A stretch of 64,000 bases of DNA, taken from assembly GCA_951406725.2 (NCBI GenBank), contig OX597825.1, forward strand, positions 81,592,001 through 81,656,000, in the 5' to 3' direction. This document shows positions 16,678 to 31,010 of the stretch, piece after piece (within the stretch, counting starts at the first letter, position 1; each line of letters opens with the position of its first letter). Position numbers and translations under genes: made by a program. Under the pieces are notes generated by a model, which saw only the letters and a list, made by a program, of their open reading frames with translations, searched no databases and had not been told where the DNA came from. The stretch is from Octopus vulgaris. Lineage: Eukaryota.

Positions 16678-17346
16678 TATGACTGTGTATTCATATCCTA
16701 CTTCTGTTCCTTTTCTCAACTCATGTCACTATTATATCTAAGTGATTTACAGCATTAAATTTCTGCATTTATCATTGTTCTTGTCGCTATTGTTGTTGCT
16801 GCTGCAATTTATTATTACATTTTATATCTGTTGTCATTAGTGTCGCTGTTGCTGTTGTTGTTGTAATGCTGTTGTAATGCTGTTGGGCAACATCCGCTTT
16901 GCTGCAGCTGTTTAAAGCTGATTAAAGCTGTCCATGATTTTGTTGTTCTTCTTGTAAATTCAACTTGTTGTTGTTGTTGTTGTTGTTGCTGTTGTTCGTG
17001 GCGCCGTCGTCGTCGTTGTTGTTGTAAACAAATTTATTCATCATTTAAAATACATGTACCAATAAGTCAACGATAGGGAAAGACACTGCCCTCTCTCTCT
17101 CACTCTTTCTCTCTCTTTCTCTCTCTTTCTTTCTTTCTTTCTTTCTCTCCACCTTTATCAAAGAAAACATAGGCATGTGTACATGTGTACAGGAAATCCT
17201 TGTCGCCCTCACAGACACATACATACCTTACACACACACACATATAAACACATGCATGTATGACCTTATACATGTATAACTACACGTATATACATATATG
17301 TGCATATGTGTAAGTATATATACATATGTATATATATACATAAATA

Positions 17347-17387
<41 letters not shown>

Positions 17388-17398
17388 TTACGCACACT

Positions 17399-17429
<31 letters not shown>

Positions 17430-17989
17430 ACATATATAATAGTATTTCATAAGCTTAAAGCTTATAAGCGATCACCGTGCAACAAATATATATATACGTA
17501 TATTATATATGTTTACATACGTACACACAGACACACACACGCATATACATTTACACACATACATCCGTATACACACATACTTAAATAGTCACACAGAGTC
17601 ACACACACGCACACATATATACATGTTGAAACGTTCACCTTCGCCATTATTGTTTGCGGATTTTTCTCAATAGCTTAACCTCTTCCCCTGATGACATCTT
17701 TTGTCGGTTTTGTTTCGGATATATTCATCCCCTTCGGGAGTCGGTCTCAATGCTACAACAATCAAAACAGCCACAGCAACAACTACAACCATAACAGCAG
17801 CAACAACAACAAAAAGGAATTATTTTTTTATTAAAAACAACTTCCTTTATAAGATACAAGAAAATGTAAAATTGATGATGATGGCGGTAATGGGTGATGA
17901 TGATGATGATAATGACGCTGATGATGATATTGAGGGTGAATATAATGTTTCAGATTTTTTCACAAGGCTAATAATTTTGAAGATGAAGG

Positions 17990-18140
17990 AGTAAGTCGAG
18001 TAGTACTTTATTTTATCGACGCCGGTGGAATGCAAGGCAAAGTTGAACTGGGTGTGACTGGAAATTAGAACGTAACGATCCGGACCAAACACAACAAAGC
18101 ATTTTGTCCGACGCACTAACAATTCTACCAGTTCTCCATC
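17990..18140 (-). mobile_element. Diverged SINE family A copy
   Basis: TTTATCGAC...AAGGCAAAGTTGA...AGAACGTAACG...GCATTTTGTCCGACGCACTAAC. Confidence 0.7.
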
Positions 18141-18442
18141 AAGTTTCATTTTTATGGTAGGATGGATTTATTCAGAAGGGATAAGTCAACAGTTGTGACG
18201 TTTATCGACCAGGGGTTGGCTAAGGGAAAGAGCCGGAGTAAAGGGGTCACTACAAATCTCAAGTTTTAACACAAACATAATTTTCTTATGGTTTCTTAAA
18301 CATTCACTAGTACAACACTAAGTACAAAACCAAATATATGGCACTCTAGGCATTATACCAACATGAACTTCCAACTTGTCTCTTGAAGTCTCTCGGTGAG
18401 ACTTGGAGCCAGCTTGTGCAAATGTAAAGCAAAAGTCAAACG

Positions 18443-18531
<89 letters not shown>

Positions 18532-18534
18532 AAA

Positions 18535-18885
18535 GGACGTAGAATCTTAAAGCGAAAACTGTTCCTGTTACAGAATGATAAAAAGGGATGTCAGAATATC
18601 TAGATAATGTCCCAGGAGAACCATGTCTCAGAGAAATCCAGATTGTGTTGATAAGTACTGACCACATCATTAGAAAAACCCTATCAATTTAAATGTCTGT
18701 ATTGTATTACCAGAAGATATTTATCTGCTGCCCCTATCGCTTCCCCTCCCCAAGCTTTCAGTCACAGTGTAACATTCTCTTATCCTTCACTCACCCCAGG
18801 ATGCTGGGTGTCTCTCGATAAGTGACTGTAACAAACATGCAGATTAAAAGTAAATAACAATAATGATGTTATAATAATTGGAAAG
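18535..18885 (+). pseudogene. R4/Dong-like (RLE-type) LINE 3' end, copy 1
   Basis: Translation KTVPV..MIKKG..EYLDNVPGEPCLREIQIVLISTDHIIRKTLSI*, then a 3' UTR ending in TAA-like repeats. It follows a (TAA)n tract. Confidence 0.7.
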
Positions 18886-19150
18886 TGCGGGTAAAATGTA
18901 TCCCTGTAGTTTTAGGTGCATCCAGAACAATCCCTAAAAATTTGAACAGAAGGATAGAAAACATAGGCATGAAACCTAGTGTAGTACAGCTCCAGCAAAA
19001 CAGTGTTATAAGGGAGAGCTAGAATACTTAGGAGCATTCTTTGCATCTAAGATTACATGTTGTGGCCTGATGTTTTGAATTTTCTTTTCCAACAGTCTAA
19101 TCTGTTGTACGTATATGAAACAACAACAACAAACGCAACAACAACAATAT
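18880..19150 (+). pseudogene. R4/Dong-like LINE 3' end, copy 2
   Basis: KVRVKCIPVVLGASRTIPKNLNRRIENIG..VQLQ/TVL*GRARILRSILCI* matches the typical IPxVxGALG..QKxxLLGTARILR C-terminus. (CAA)n tail. Confidence 0.78.
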
Positions 19151-19164
19151 AGGTGACAATTAGC

Positions 19165-19375
19165 TGGAAAAAGGTGGGAAAATACGAGTTACTAATAGAC
19201 TAAATTGCAAGAATGTGGGCAATGAAGGTAATAACTGTCATCTCAGGAGTTGCAGGGTCCCTTGGAGTTCTAACAACTAAGTTTGAGAAATATATCGGAG
19301 AAATTGGAATTGACCTGAAGGTAGAACATGTTCAAAAACTGCTCTGCTGGGGACAGCAAGGATCTTGAGATTTGT
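19165..19375 (+). pseudogene. R4/Dong-like LINE C-terminal fragment, copy 3
   Basis: EKVGKYELLID*IARMWAMKVITVISGVAGSLG..FEKYIGEIGIDLKVEHVQK/ALLGTARILR. Confidence 0.78.
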
Positions 19376-19544
19376 ACCTTCCACAATACTTAACATTTAA
19401 GTACCAAATCTTATAATTCATAGAAAGAGACTCTGAGAGACCATGTGAGGCATTTGACAACAGGTTGCTGTCTTCTCTTACAGAATTAACAGGAGCAAGT
19501 GAGATAGAGAGCTCTGAGAAGTAAAATTTAATAATAATAACAAC

Positions 19545-19606
<62 letters not shown>

Positions 19607-19636
19607 CCAACATCATCATCACCAACATCATTATCA

Positions 19637-19772
19637 TTTAACATCCATTTTCCATGCTGGCATGGGTTGGACGGTTTAACCGAAAACTGGTAGCTGGGGA
19701 GTTGCACCAGGTTTCATGTTGATTTCGCATGGTTTCTACAGCTTGGTGCCCTTCCTAACATCAACCATTCTA
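19637..19772 (-). mobile_element. 3' fragment of a retroelement (SINE or RTE-like tail) ending in (GAT)n
   Basis: TTTAACATCCATTTTCCATGCTGGCATGGGTTGGACGG...GCCCTTCCTAAC adjoins the (CAT)n tract. Confidence 0.55.
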
Positions 19773-19961
19773 AGAGTAATAACGATAGATAAACAAATAA
19801 ATTAAAACAAAGGGAATAATTTATTGAAATTATTTCGTCTTAGATTTATTTTTAATGTAATAATAATGATAAATCATTCAATAAATTATTTAAAAGTTAT
19901 TCGTTAGGCAGTATAATATTCAAATTGCTAAACATTGAAACTTCATCTTTATAAATATTTA

Positions 19962-20317
19962 ACATTTAAGTGCGGAGATCTCCTTTGGTCACGAATGACC
20001 ATGAGATTACGACTAGAAATTTACCCCCCAAGGAACAAGTCCGGGCAAGGTTGTTTATGGAAGACCAGCAGTCACCCATGCTTACCGGCCTCCTCTCTCC
20101 ACGCCACCGATGTTATCCAAGGGAAAGGCAAAGGGGCCGATACAGCTTGGCACCAGTGATGGATGTCGCATCTCATTTCTACAGATGAGTGAACTGGAGC
20201 AACGTGAAATAAAGTGTCTTTCTCAAGAACACAATACGCAGTCTGGTCCGGGATTCGAACTCACAACCTCACGGTCGTAAGATTGATGTCCTAACCACTG
20301 AGCCATGCGCCTTCACA
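19962..20317 (-). mobile_element. tRNA-headed SINE, family D
   Basis: Minus strand GGCGCATGGCTCAGTGGTTAG (A box) ... GAGTTCGAATCCC (B box) ... TGTGTTCTTGAGAAAGACAC core-like segment. A related diverged copy lies at about 37250-37500. Confidence 0.85.
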
Positions 20318-20681
20318 TAAGTACCAAATCTTTTAATTCATAGAAAGAGATTCTGAGAGACCATGTGAGACCTTTGGCAACAGGTTGCTGTCTTCTCTTA
20401 CAGAGTTAAGCAAAACAAGTGAGACTGTGAATAGCTCTGGCAGGAATTGGACAGGTTTCCGCAGCTCCGCCCACGTAACCGATGACAAGTACCAGCCCCT
20501 TCGAGGGCACTTCTGCCAAAATTTCAATTCTGTTTTGCACACTGCTGTTATTGGGAGTTGCGTTCTATGCCTTGACCTGAGCATGGAACGGGACTTGCCT
20601 CTTTGAGCTGGGAAATGAATGGAATACCTGGTGTGTGTCTTGTTGCTGCTCCCCCTCCTAAAAAATGGGGAATAGGCCTTC

Positions 20682-20725
<44 letters not shown>

Positions 20726-20828
20726 AAAAACGGTAAGACAACAAAAGAAAGAAAGAGACCTCGATATTATGTAAATAGAGGAATTTATATGTAAATGTAA
20801 TATGTGGCAATTATTTTTCCGATGGCCG

Positions 20829-20889
20829 GGTAACTGAAGAGATGGCGGCGTGGATTTCCACCTCGGCATCCGAAACTCGAAGTTTTATC
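20829..20889 (+). ncRNA. Type-I hammerhead ribozyme in a 195-bp element flanked by (TA)n
   Basis: GGTAA-CTGAAGA-GATG(GCGGC)GTGGA-TT-TCCAC(CTCGG)CATC-C-GAAA-CTCGAAG-TT-TTATC. Confidence 0.65.
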
Positions 20890-20915
20890 ATGGCTACCGA
20901 ATAATTTACATTTAC

Positions 20916-20965
<50 letters not shown>

Positions 20966-20969
<4 letters not shown>

Positions 20970-21210
20970 CATAAGGGACTAAAGCCATCTGAATATGGCT
21001 AGGGACAGCAGGGTGGTGGGGGTGTTACTGTTGCATTTAGCCCCAGGCGAACATCGACGTCACCAGAAAGGCTAGACACCGTCACGGTGTGACGGTGTCT
21101 AGCCTTTCTGGTGACGTCGATGTTCGCCTGGGGCTAAATGCAACAGTAACACCCCCACCACCCTGCCCTGTCCCTAGCCATATTCAGATGGCTTTAGTCC
21201 CTTATGTTAT
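20966..21210. repeat. Near-perfect inverted repeat with 120-bp arms and a 3-nt loop
   Basis: 20966-21085 is the reverse complement of 21089-21210 apart from one 2-bp indel. Confidence 0.95.
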
Positions 21211-21252
21211 CGAGCAGTTACTGTCTATATCTCTTTTAGAGAATTATTATTG

Positions 21253-21286
<34 letters not shown>

Positions 21287-21750
21287 TTGAACAGTTATTG
21301 GTCTGGAGTTTTCTATCATATCCTTCTTCCTCGGAACCTTCCGTTGCAGTGCCATCACTCACCGTTTCACTCATCGAAGAATATTTTCTGTCTTAACTGC
21401 CAGCTCCAACCGAGTGGGTTTTCAGGACAGAAAGAGACAGCGGCATTTGGAAATAAGGGACGTTGCACAGAGCATCCGACCCCGATGATTTCAACTCCAC
21501 ACAGCCAAGCAGGTGGTGGTGGTGGTGGTGGTGGTGTTGAATTTTCGGATGATAAAGATGATGATGATGGTAGTGGTGGTTGTGGTCGTAATGTTGATTA
21601 TGATGATGATGTTCATGATAGTGGTGGTGGTGGTAGTGATGGTATTGGTGGTGACTGCTATGGTGTATATGATTAAGACGGATGTTTACCATGCCGAAGG
21701 ATATAGACAGATAAAACGTTTACTTTGAGAAAATGCAATCAGTTTTCAAT

Positions 21751-22155
<405 letters not shown>

Positions 22156-22430
22156 ACAGCAGCACTGCTGTCCCTTCTTATTGTGGTTATCGTACGCATT
22201 GCCAGAATAGAGAATTATGATGTTTTTATATACGATAAAACGTGGATAAGTATAGATTCCTAGCGTTAGAGATACGCCTCCACATGGAGCCATGCCACAT
22301 GTGCATGTTCTGATGTTCATCCACTGCAACATGTCAATAGTTGCAACTTAATAGACAAATACATTTCTATACACATACACACGCACGCACACACATACAT
22401 GTATATGTATACACACACCCACACAAATAT

Positions 22431-22463
<33 letters not shown>

Positions 22464-22467
22464 CACG

Positions 22468-22513
<46 letters not shown>

Positions 22514-23097
22514 TATATATATATATATAAATATATGCATATTTAAATTATGATTATACATAAAATACATAAGTATATATGTATGTATGTATATATGTAT
22601 ATGTGTGTGGATGTGTGTGTGCGCATGTGTGTGTGTGTGTGTGTGTGTGTGGATCGGTGTGCATACAGCTACGTGTGTCCATCAGCGTGTGTATATACAA
22701 TATTATATATCAGCGAATGAAAATATGCATGTATGTGTGTGAGTGGCTGAGAAAGCAGAAAGTGCTTCAATGAGTATGTATATATGTATGTGTGTATGTA
22801 TGTATGTATGTATGTATGTATGTATGTATGTATGTATGTATGTATGTATGTATGTATGTATGCGTGTTTGATCCTTTATGCATATTTGTCTGTGTGTATA
22901 TCTGTGTGTCTAAGTGTGTGTGCGCGTGTGCACTCATGAACACAGGCTTAAAGAAAATAACATAGGAAATTGTTTAAAAAACTAATATACGTAACATCAT
23001 TAGTCAATTGATCCTGAGTAAACCATCCATTTGAACGCACTTATACGCATGAGGAGTGCACTGATATATATATATAAGTATATACATATATGCATCC

Positions 23098-23144
<47 letters not shown>

Positions 23145-23301
23145 TATATAGATATATATGTGTATATATATATATGTGTATATATATATATCTATATATA
23201 TATATATATATATATAAATATATATATTCATATATATATATTCATATATATAGATAGATAGAGAGAGATAGAGAGATAGAGAGATAGAGAGATAGATAGA
23301 G

Positions 23302-23337
<36 letters not shown>

Positions 23338-23666
23338 GCATATATACATAGGTTGAAAGGTTGGTAGACTATTATGAATATATATTGGATATCGTGTAAT
23401 ATATGTATATATATATGTATGTATATATCAATATCTATATATGTATGTATATATATGTATATATATGTATGTATATATATGCATATAAATGCATATAAGC
23501 ATATTCATCTATGCATATATGCTAATATGTGTGTATATTGCGTAATCACATGTTGCATTTTTGCATGAACGCTCCATGAATACGTATCATCGTATAGAGA
23601 TCGTGTATAAAAACATACGTGGAAACAGACACACAAATAACTATACAAACACGTACACAGTCTCAC

Positions 23667-23730
<64 letters not shown>

Positions 23731-23798
23731 GTTTGTCTGTCTGTGTATTTATCTATCTTTCTTTCTCTCTGCATATATATATATATATACATACATAC

Positions 23799-23861
<63 letters not shown>

Positions 23862-23935
23862 TATATACATATATATATATACATACATACATGCATACAT
23901 ACATACATACATACATACATACATACATACATACA

Positions 23936-23966
<31 letters not shown>

Positions 23967-24493
23967 TTATATATATATATATATATAAGTGTATGTATAT
24001 AAGTTTCTGTATGCGTGTGTACAGAGAAAGATCGAGAATTAGCGAGAGTGAGAGAGAGGGAGAGAAGGAGAGAGAGAAAGAGAAAGAAAGAGAGAGATGG
24101 CAAGAGAGACAGACAGAGAGAGTGAAAGGAAGTTGTAAACGAGCAAAGGAAGTAGAGATGAGTTCGAGGAGAAAGGACGAGTTACCATCTCACATTCCTG
24201 TAGCTTATGTTCACACCTTCTGAGACATGTTATCTGCATCTTTGCAAAGAAATATGCGTGAACGTATATATGCATACGTACCTACATACATGCATCCATC
24301 CATACATACATATACATATATACATATATATATATCGATATATATATATATATATGTATATATGTATATATAAAATATACATATATATTTACACACACAT
24401 ACATATATATATATTTACAGACACACACACACATATATGTATGGACACGTATATATATGCGTACAGATATATGTATGTATGTATGTATGTATG

Positions 24494-24531
<38 letters not shown>

Positions 24532-24533
24532 TG

Positions 24534-24592
<59 letters not shown>

Positions 24593-24718
24593 ATTTACAC
24601 TCACATGCAAACATATATATGTGTATAGATACATATATAATATATGTATATATATATGTATATGTATATGTACATATATACATACATATATATATATATA
24701 CATACAGACAGACACATA

Positions 24719-24809
<91 letters not shown>

Positions 24810-25368
24810 ATGTATGTATGTATATATATATATAGATACATATACATGCATACAGTTATACACACACGTACGTGTGGCTATTGCAGTCATTGAAGATGGT
24901 TATTTGCTGAGGTTTACTACTGAATTTCACCTGCACGTATATGAGTATCTATCTACTGCTGTGGAAATGCTTATACAATTACGGAAATGTATACATGACC
25001 ATGTATGTATGCGGATGTTTATGCAAGAGGTTATGTATATATGTGCACATCCATGCACATATATATGCATGCCTGCACAAAAGCACACACACACACACAC
25101 ACACACACAAACATTCGCACGTGCGTCCCCTTAACACAAATCCTAATCATGAAAATGACTGGTATCGATTTGTAAACAACCGCAGAAATTTATTAACACA
25201 TGCACACATGTACACGTATATACATATATATATATACATATATACACATACATACATATATATATATATATGTGTATGTATATGTGTGTGCGTGTTTGTA
25301 CATACATATGTACATGCACACATACATGCATACATATATAATACATGCATATAAATATATATATATAT

Positions 25369-25432
<64 letters not shown>

Positions 25433-25493
25433 TTATATGTATATGTATATATATATGTGTGTGTGTATCTATCTGGATATATATATCTACATA

Positions 25494-25535
<42 letters not shown>

Positions 25536-26359
25536 GTATATATATGAATATATATATATTAATATATATATTAATATATACATATATAGATATGTGTGTA
25601 CATGTATATATGCGTACATACATATATATGCATGTATATATATGTGTGTGTGTATATATATATATGTATATATACATAAACATGCACGCATCCTTTCATA
25701 TAACCAGCTATCAATCCATCCATGCAGATATATACATACACTTACATACACACACACACGCACACACACACACATATATATATAAATATATATACACGCA
25801 CGCACACACACACTTACGCATGCTTACACACTGTACACAAACGCACGCCCGCGTAAACGCACCACTGTAAAATTTTCGAAATGCATACTTCAGAGAGAGA
25901 AGCAAACCCTTTCATGAAGAAACGTCTACCACCGCCACCACCGCCACCACCTCCTCCACCCACCACCACAAGAAATCCACCCCTTTTCCGCTGCCCCCCA
26001 CCCCACCCACCTCCTGCATTCAATCCGTTTATATGTCATTAGAAGGTAAGTCTTGCGTGTCTTGCGTGCCTGCATGGAGCTCCAAACCGCAGCTCGTTCA
26101 ACATGTTCGGATCATATTAAACAACAAATATTCGCACAACCAACTCTCCGCTCAAATAAACTCAAGTAATTTTCCAAAACGAGGCTACGTAGACGTTTCG
26201 TATTTTTTATTTTTATCTTTTTAAATTCATTATTATTATTACTATTATTATTATTATTATTATTATTATCATTATTATTATTATTATTATTATTATCATC
26301 ATTTTTAATATTATTATTGTTATTATTATTTACTGTTATCATCATCATCATCATCATCA

Positions 26360-26431
<72 letters not shown>

Positions 26432-26546
26432 TATTTATTTATTTTTGCAGTTTGATTTTTGTTTAGAAATAAATAAGAATTTCAAAAAGATATTGAAGAA
26501 AGAAAAATACATTTTTTAAAACATCAAATATAATAACAACAACAAC

Positions 26547-26662
<116 letters not shown>

Positions 26663-26690
26663 TAACAATAACAACAACAACGACAACAAC

Positions 26691-26760
<70 letters not shown>

Positions 26761-27574
26761 TAATAAACATCTGAACTCATATTCAACGTTTAAACTGAGC
26801 ATGGATTAAGTAAGGTTGGGTTGATGGTGGAGAGAGAGTGAAGCCATTTTTGTAATAAACCTTATTTGGAATTGAATTAACTATTTGAAAACTGTGTTAT
26901 TCCTTATTTAATTGTAGCAACTTCGGTCGAAGGGAAAACAAAAATAAATATTTTGAATGAATAAACAAATAAATAAATAAGTGAATCAATAAAAAAACAT
27001 TAATACGTGAATAAAATAACGGTTAGGAACTTCGAAGGACGTTGAATTTAATTTCACTTGTATTAATTTCCATGTCGTCGCTATCATTGCTGCTCTGAGC
27101 TGTGGTGGTGGTGTTGGTGGTGGTGTTGTTGGTGGTGTTGGTGGTGGGTGGTATGGTTGCAGTGGTGGTAGGGTGGTGATTGTGAGGGTGACGGCGCAGG
27201 TGTGGATGTTTTAGTGGTGATGGTGGTGTTGGTAGTGGTGGTTTTTGGTGGTGGTATTGGTATCGGTGTTGGTGAGGGCGGGGTGGTGTTGGTAGTGGTG
27301 TTAGTGGTGGTGGTAGTAGTGATGGTGCTGGAGGTAGAGGTGTGATGGTGGAGATGCGCATGGTGATGTTGGTATGTGTGGTGGTGGTGGTTTATGGTTG
27401 TAGCGGTGGTAGTGTTGATTGTGGTGGTAGTGGAGATGATGGTGGTGGTAGTGGTGGTGATGGTGATGGTGATGGAAGTGTTTGGGCGATGGTGGGGATG
27501 CACATGGTAGTTGTGGTTGTGGTGGGGCTGATGATGGTGGTGGTAGTGGTAATGGTGGTGTTGAAGTTGGTGGT

Positions 27575-27973
27575 GCAACTCTTCGGCTGTGTGGTAAGTA
27601 GCTTGCTTACCAACCACATGGTTCCGTATTCAGTCCCACTGCGTTGCACCTTGGGCAAGTATCTTCTACTATAGCCTCGGGCTGACCAAAACCTTGTGAG
27701 TGGATTTGGTAAAACTGAAAGAAGCCTGTCGTATATATGTATATGTATATATATGTGTGTGTGTGTGTGTTTGTGTGTCTGTGTTTGTTCCACCAACATC
27801 GCGTGACAACCGATGCTGGTGTGTTTACGTCCCCGTAACTTAGTTGTTCGGCAAAAGAGACCGATGGAATAAGTACTAGGTTTACAAAGAATAAGTTCTG
27901 GGGTCGATTTGCTCGAATAAAGGTGGTGCTCCAGCATGGCCACAGTCAAATGACCGAAACAAGTAAAAGAATA

Positions 27974-27974
<1 letters not shown>
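27575..27974 (+). mobile_element. SINE family C, near full length
   Basis: GGCTGTGTGGTAAG head, ACCTTGGGCAAGT core-like motif, internal (TA/TG)n and GGTGCTCCAGCATGGCCACAGTCAAATGACCGAAAC tail. It matches other copies in the window. Confidence 0.85.
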
Positions 27975-28006
<32 letters not shown>

Positions 28007-28173
28007 GTGAAATAGAAAGATGAATAATCTTGTAGTAGATTAATCAAAAGTTTAACCGATACCTTAGTAGCAAAAATCACAGATTTTGGTAATTTGTGCC
28101 TTTCGAAACACGTGTAGAATGAAATAAAACGATTTCTGTTCAATCTGCGTTCAGCTCCATTTCTTCAATTCAC

Positions 28174-28231
<58 letters not shown>

Positions 28232-28322
28232 CATGTATGTATGCATGTATGTATGTATGTATGTCTATATATATATATATATATATACATATATATATGT
28301 CTATATATATATACATATATAC

Positions 28323-28499
28323 GTCTGTCGTTACATTCTGAGTTCAAATTCCGCCGAGGTCGACTTTGCCTTTCATCCTTTCGGGGTCGATAAATTAAGT
28401 ACCAGTTTCGCACTGGGGTCGATGTAATCGACTTAATCCCTTTGTCTGTCTTTGTTTGTCCCCCTCTATGTTTAGCCCCTTGTGGGTAGTAAAGAAATA
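28323..28499 (+). mobile_element. SINE family A, 5'-truncated
   Basis: GAGTTCAAATTCCGCCGAGG...GGGTAGTAAAGAAATA. Confidence 0.9.
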
Positions 28500-29222
28500 T
28501 ATATATATATACATATACCTATAAGTACACATGTATGTATATATATATATATATATATACATACATACATATATATATATATATCACGTATATGGGTGGA
28601 TACACTGACACGCATGCGCACGCACTCATACTCATATACATATGTACTTTTGCTTGTATGCATTTCCTCCCCCCCCACTTCTGAAACGGTTAGTCCAGCG
28701 TATGAAGAACGACAGAAGGTTCGGCCGGAAACGTTCCGCACCCCCATATTGATTGCACGGTCACGTGTCACGTACATCAACCAACAAACAAGGTGAGTCG
28801 TTAATGTTGAGGTCAGAACAACAAAAATCAGAAATGAATGACAATACGGAAAACGGAACACAAAACAGAATCGGATCCAAGATGGACGAAGCACGAACGG
28901 AAGTGTGGGGTGTGGAGGCGTTGAAGCGTGGAGGCGTGCGGGGAGGTGTTGTTTAATTTTGTTATTTCTTTTTAAATATATTTTCTTCAAATTTTTTGGG
29001 TTGTCACCAATTTTTTCCCCGTTTAACAGTTCTTTTAAGAGTTGTGTACATGCAAACACACACACACACACACACGCTTAAACACATTCAAACACAAATA
29101 GATGCATATATGCACACATGCTTAATTATATTGGCTCACACACACACACACAGATATATTCATATATATACACATATATATTTATAAATACAAATGTATG
29201 CGTATATCAATATATATGTGTG

Positions 29223-29408
<186 letters not shown>

Positions 29409-29747
29409 GTATTTACATATATACATATGCATATCTTTATAAGGCCTAGATTTCTGATTAGATGCTACTTTTGGTTCTCAGGGCTATTATTTATCTTTTT
29501 CTACAGTTTCAGAGATCGTCGTCGTCGTCGTCGTCATAGTTTAAAGGAAATAAACAAAAGAACTTCAACAACAAGAACAAGAAGAAAAACAACAGCATCA
29601 ACAACAACAACAACAACAACAACTGCAATGAAGAAAACGATGATGTGGCGGCGGCGACGGTGGCGTCATTAACGGCAAGGAACTGGTCTCTGTTGGTCAA
29701 TAGAGAGATATTAGAGACAGGTGTTGGCTCGTAAGGAACTCTCTGGA

Positions 29748-29832
29748 GATAGCTGCAGACAATGGCACAACGTGCCGATGTCACACACCGGTCACGTGGC
29801 GACACATTGTGCCATTGGTTTTGTTAGATATC
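29748..29832 (+). ncRNA. Candidate pre-miRNA-like hairpin
   Basis: CAATGGCACAA (29760-70) pairs perfectly with TTGTGCCATTG (29807-17). Further GTG/CAC and TGTCAC/GTGGCG pairs, an 11-nt loop and an approximately 11-bp basal stem. Confidence 0.45.
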
Positions 29833-30074
29833 AGCAGTCTGTTACTGGCGAGACCGTGTCGACAACTGACGTCTGTTACTGTCCGAAAAATCCATCCATT
29901 CACCCATATGTGTGTATGCACATACACACGCACACATTTATACATATATAAGCATATACACATATAGATATACGTATACGTGTATGTGTGTGTGTGTATG
30001 TGTGTCTATACAAATATATATGTATGTATGCATTTATGTATGCATGTATGTGGAGATAGGTAGACAATACATAT

Positions 30075-30380
<306 letters not shown>

Positions 30381-31010
30381 CAGGTAAGCAGATGTTATCT
30401 AAATATGTGAATAAACGAATTGGTGCCGCATTAGTGGAGGGGAGATGCAACGAAATTCTTGGGGAGATTTTGGGCGTCGACAGGGAATACCTGATTCGCC
30501 CCTTCAGGACCACTTTCAGGTCAGGGCCTATGGACAATTTCTAGTTCGAGTCTGTTAATAGACGGGTTCTATAGTTTGCGTCTGTTAGTACTGAATGGCT
30601 TCATATTTTTTCTGCATTTCTGGGATTAAGAATTATCATTATTATGCGCTTACATATTCGAACTAATGTTCTCATTTTGACGAAGCATTGTGACAATAAC
30701 GACTAAAAGAACAATTATCCGAATGTGTCAGGCTTATTCTATCAATAAAGATGGCCTCTTTCATCTTCGAAGTTCCAATGATGATAACTTTCTAAAAGAA
30801 TTTTAACAATTTTAACTCGATTTCACAGCACTATAAAAACTAAAGTATATTATTCTAACGTGGACTACGAAGAAATAGGCTTTCATAAGGACGCAAAACA
30901 TGATGTGAACTCAAGGAGAGACTTCTAGGCACTTTCCACCATCTTTGTTATTGTTATTCAATACAAGGTTGGGTTTGTTGGATGCAGTTATTGTGCGGAG
31001 CAAGAGACCA

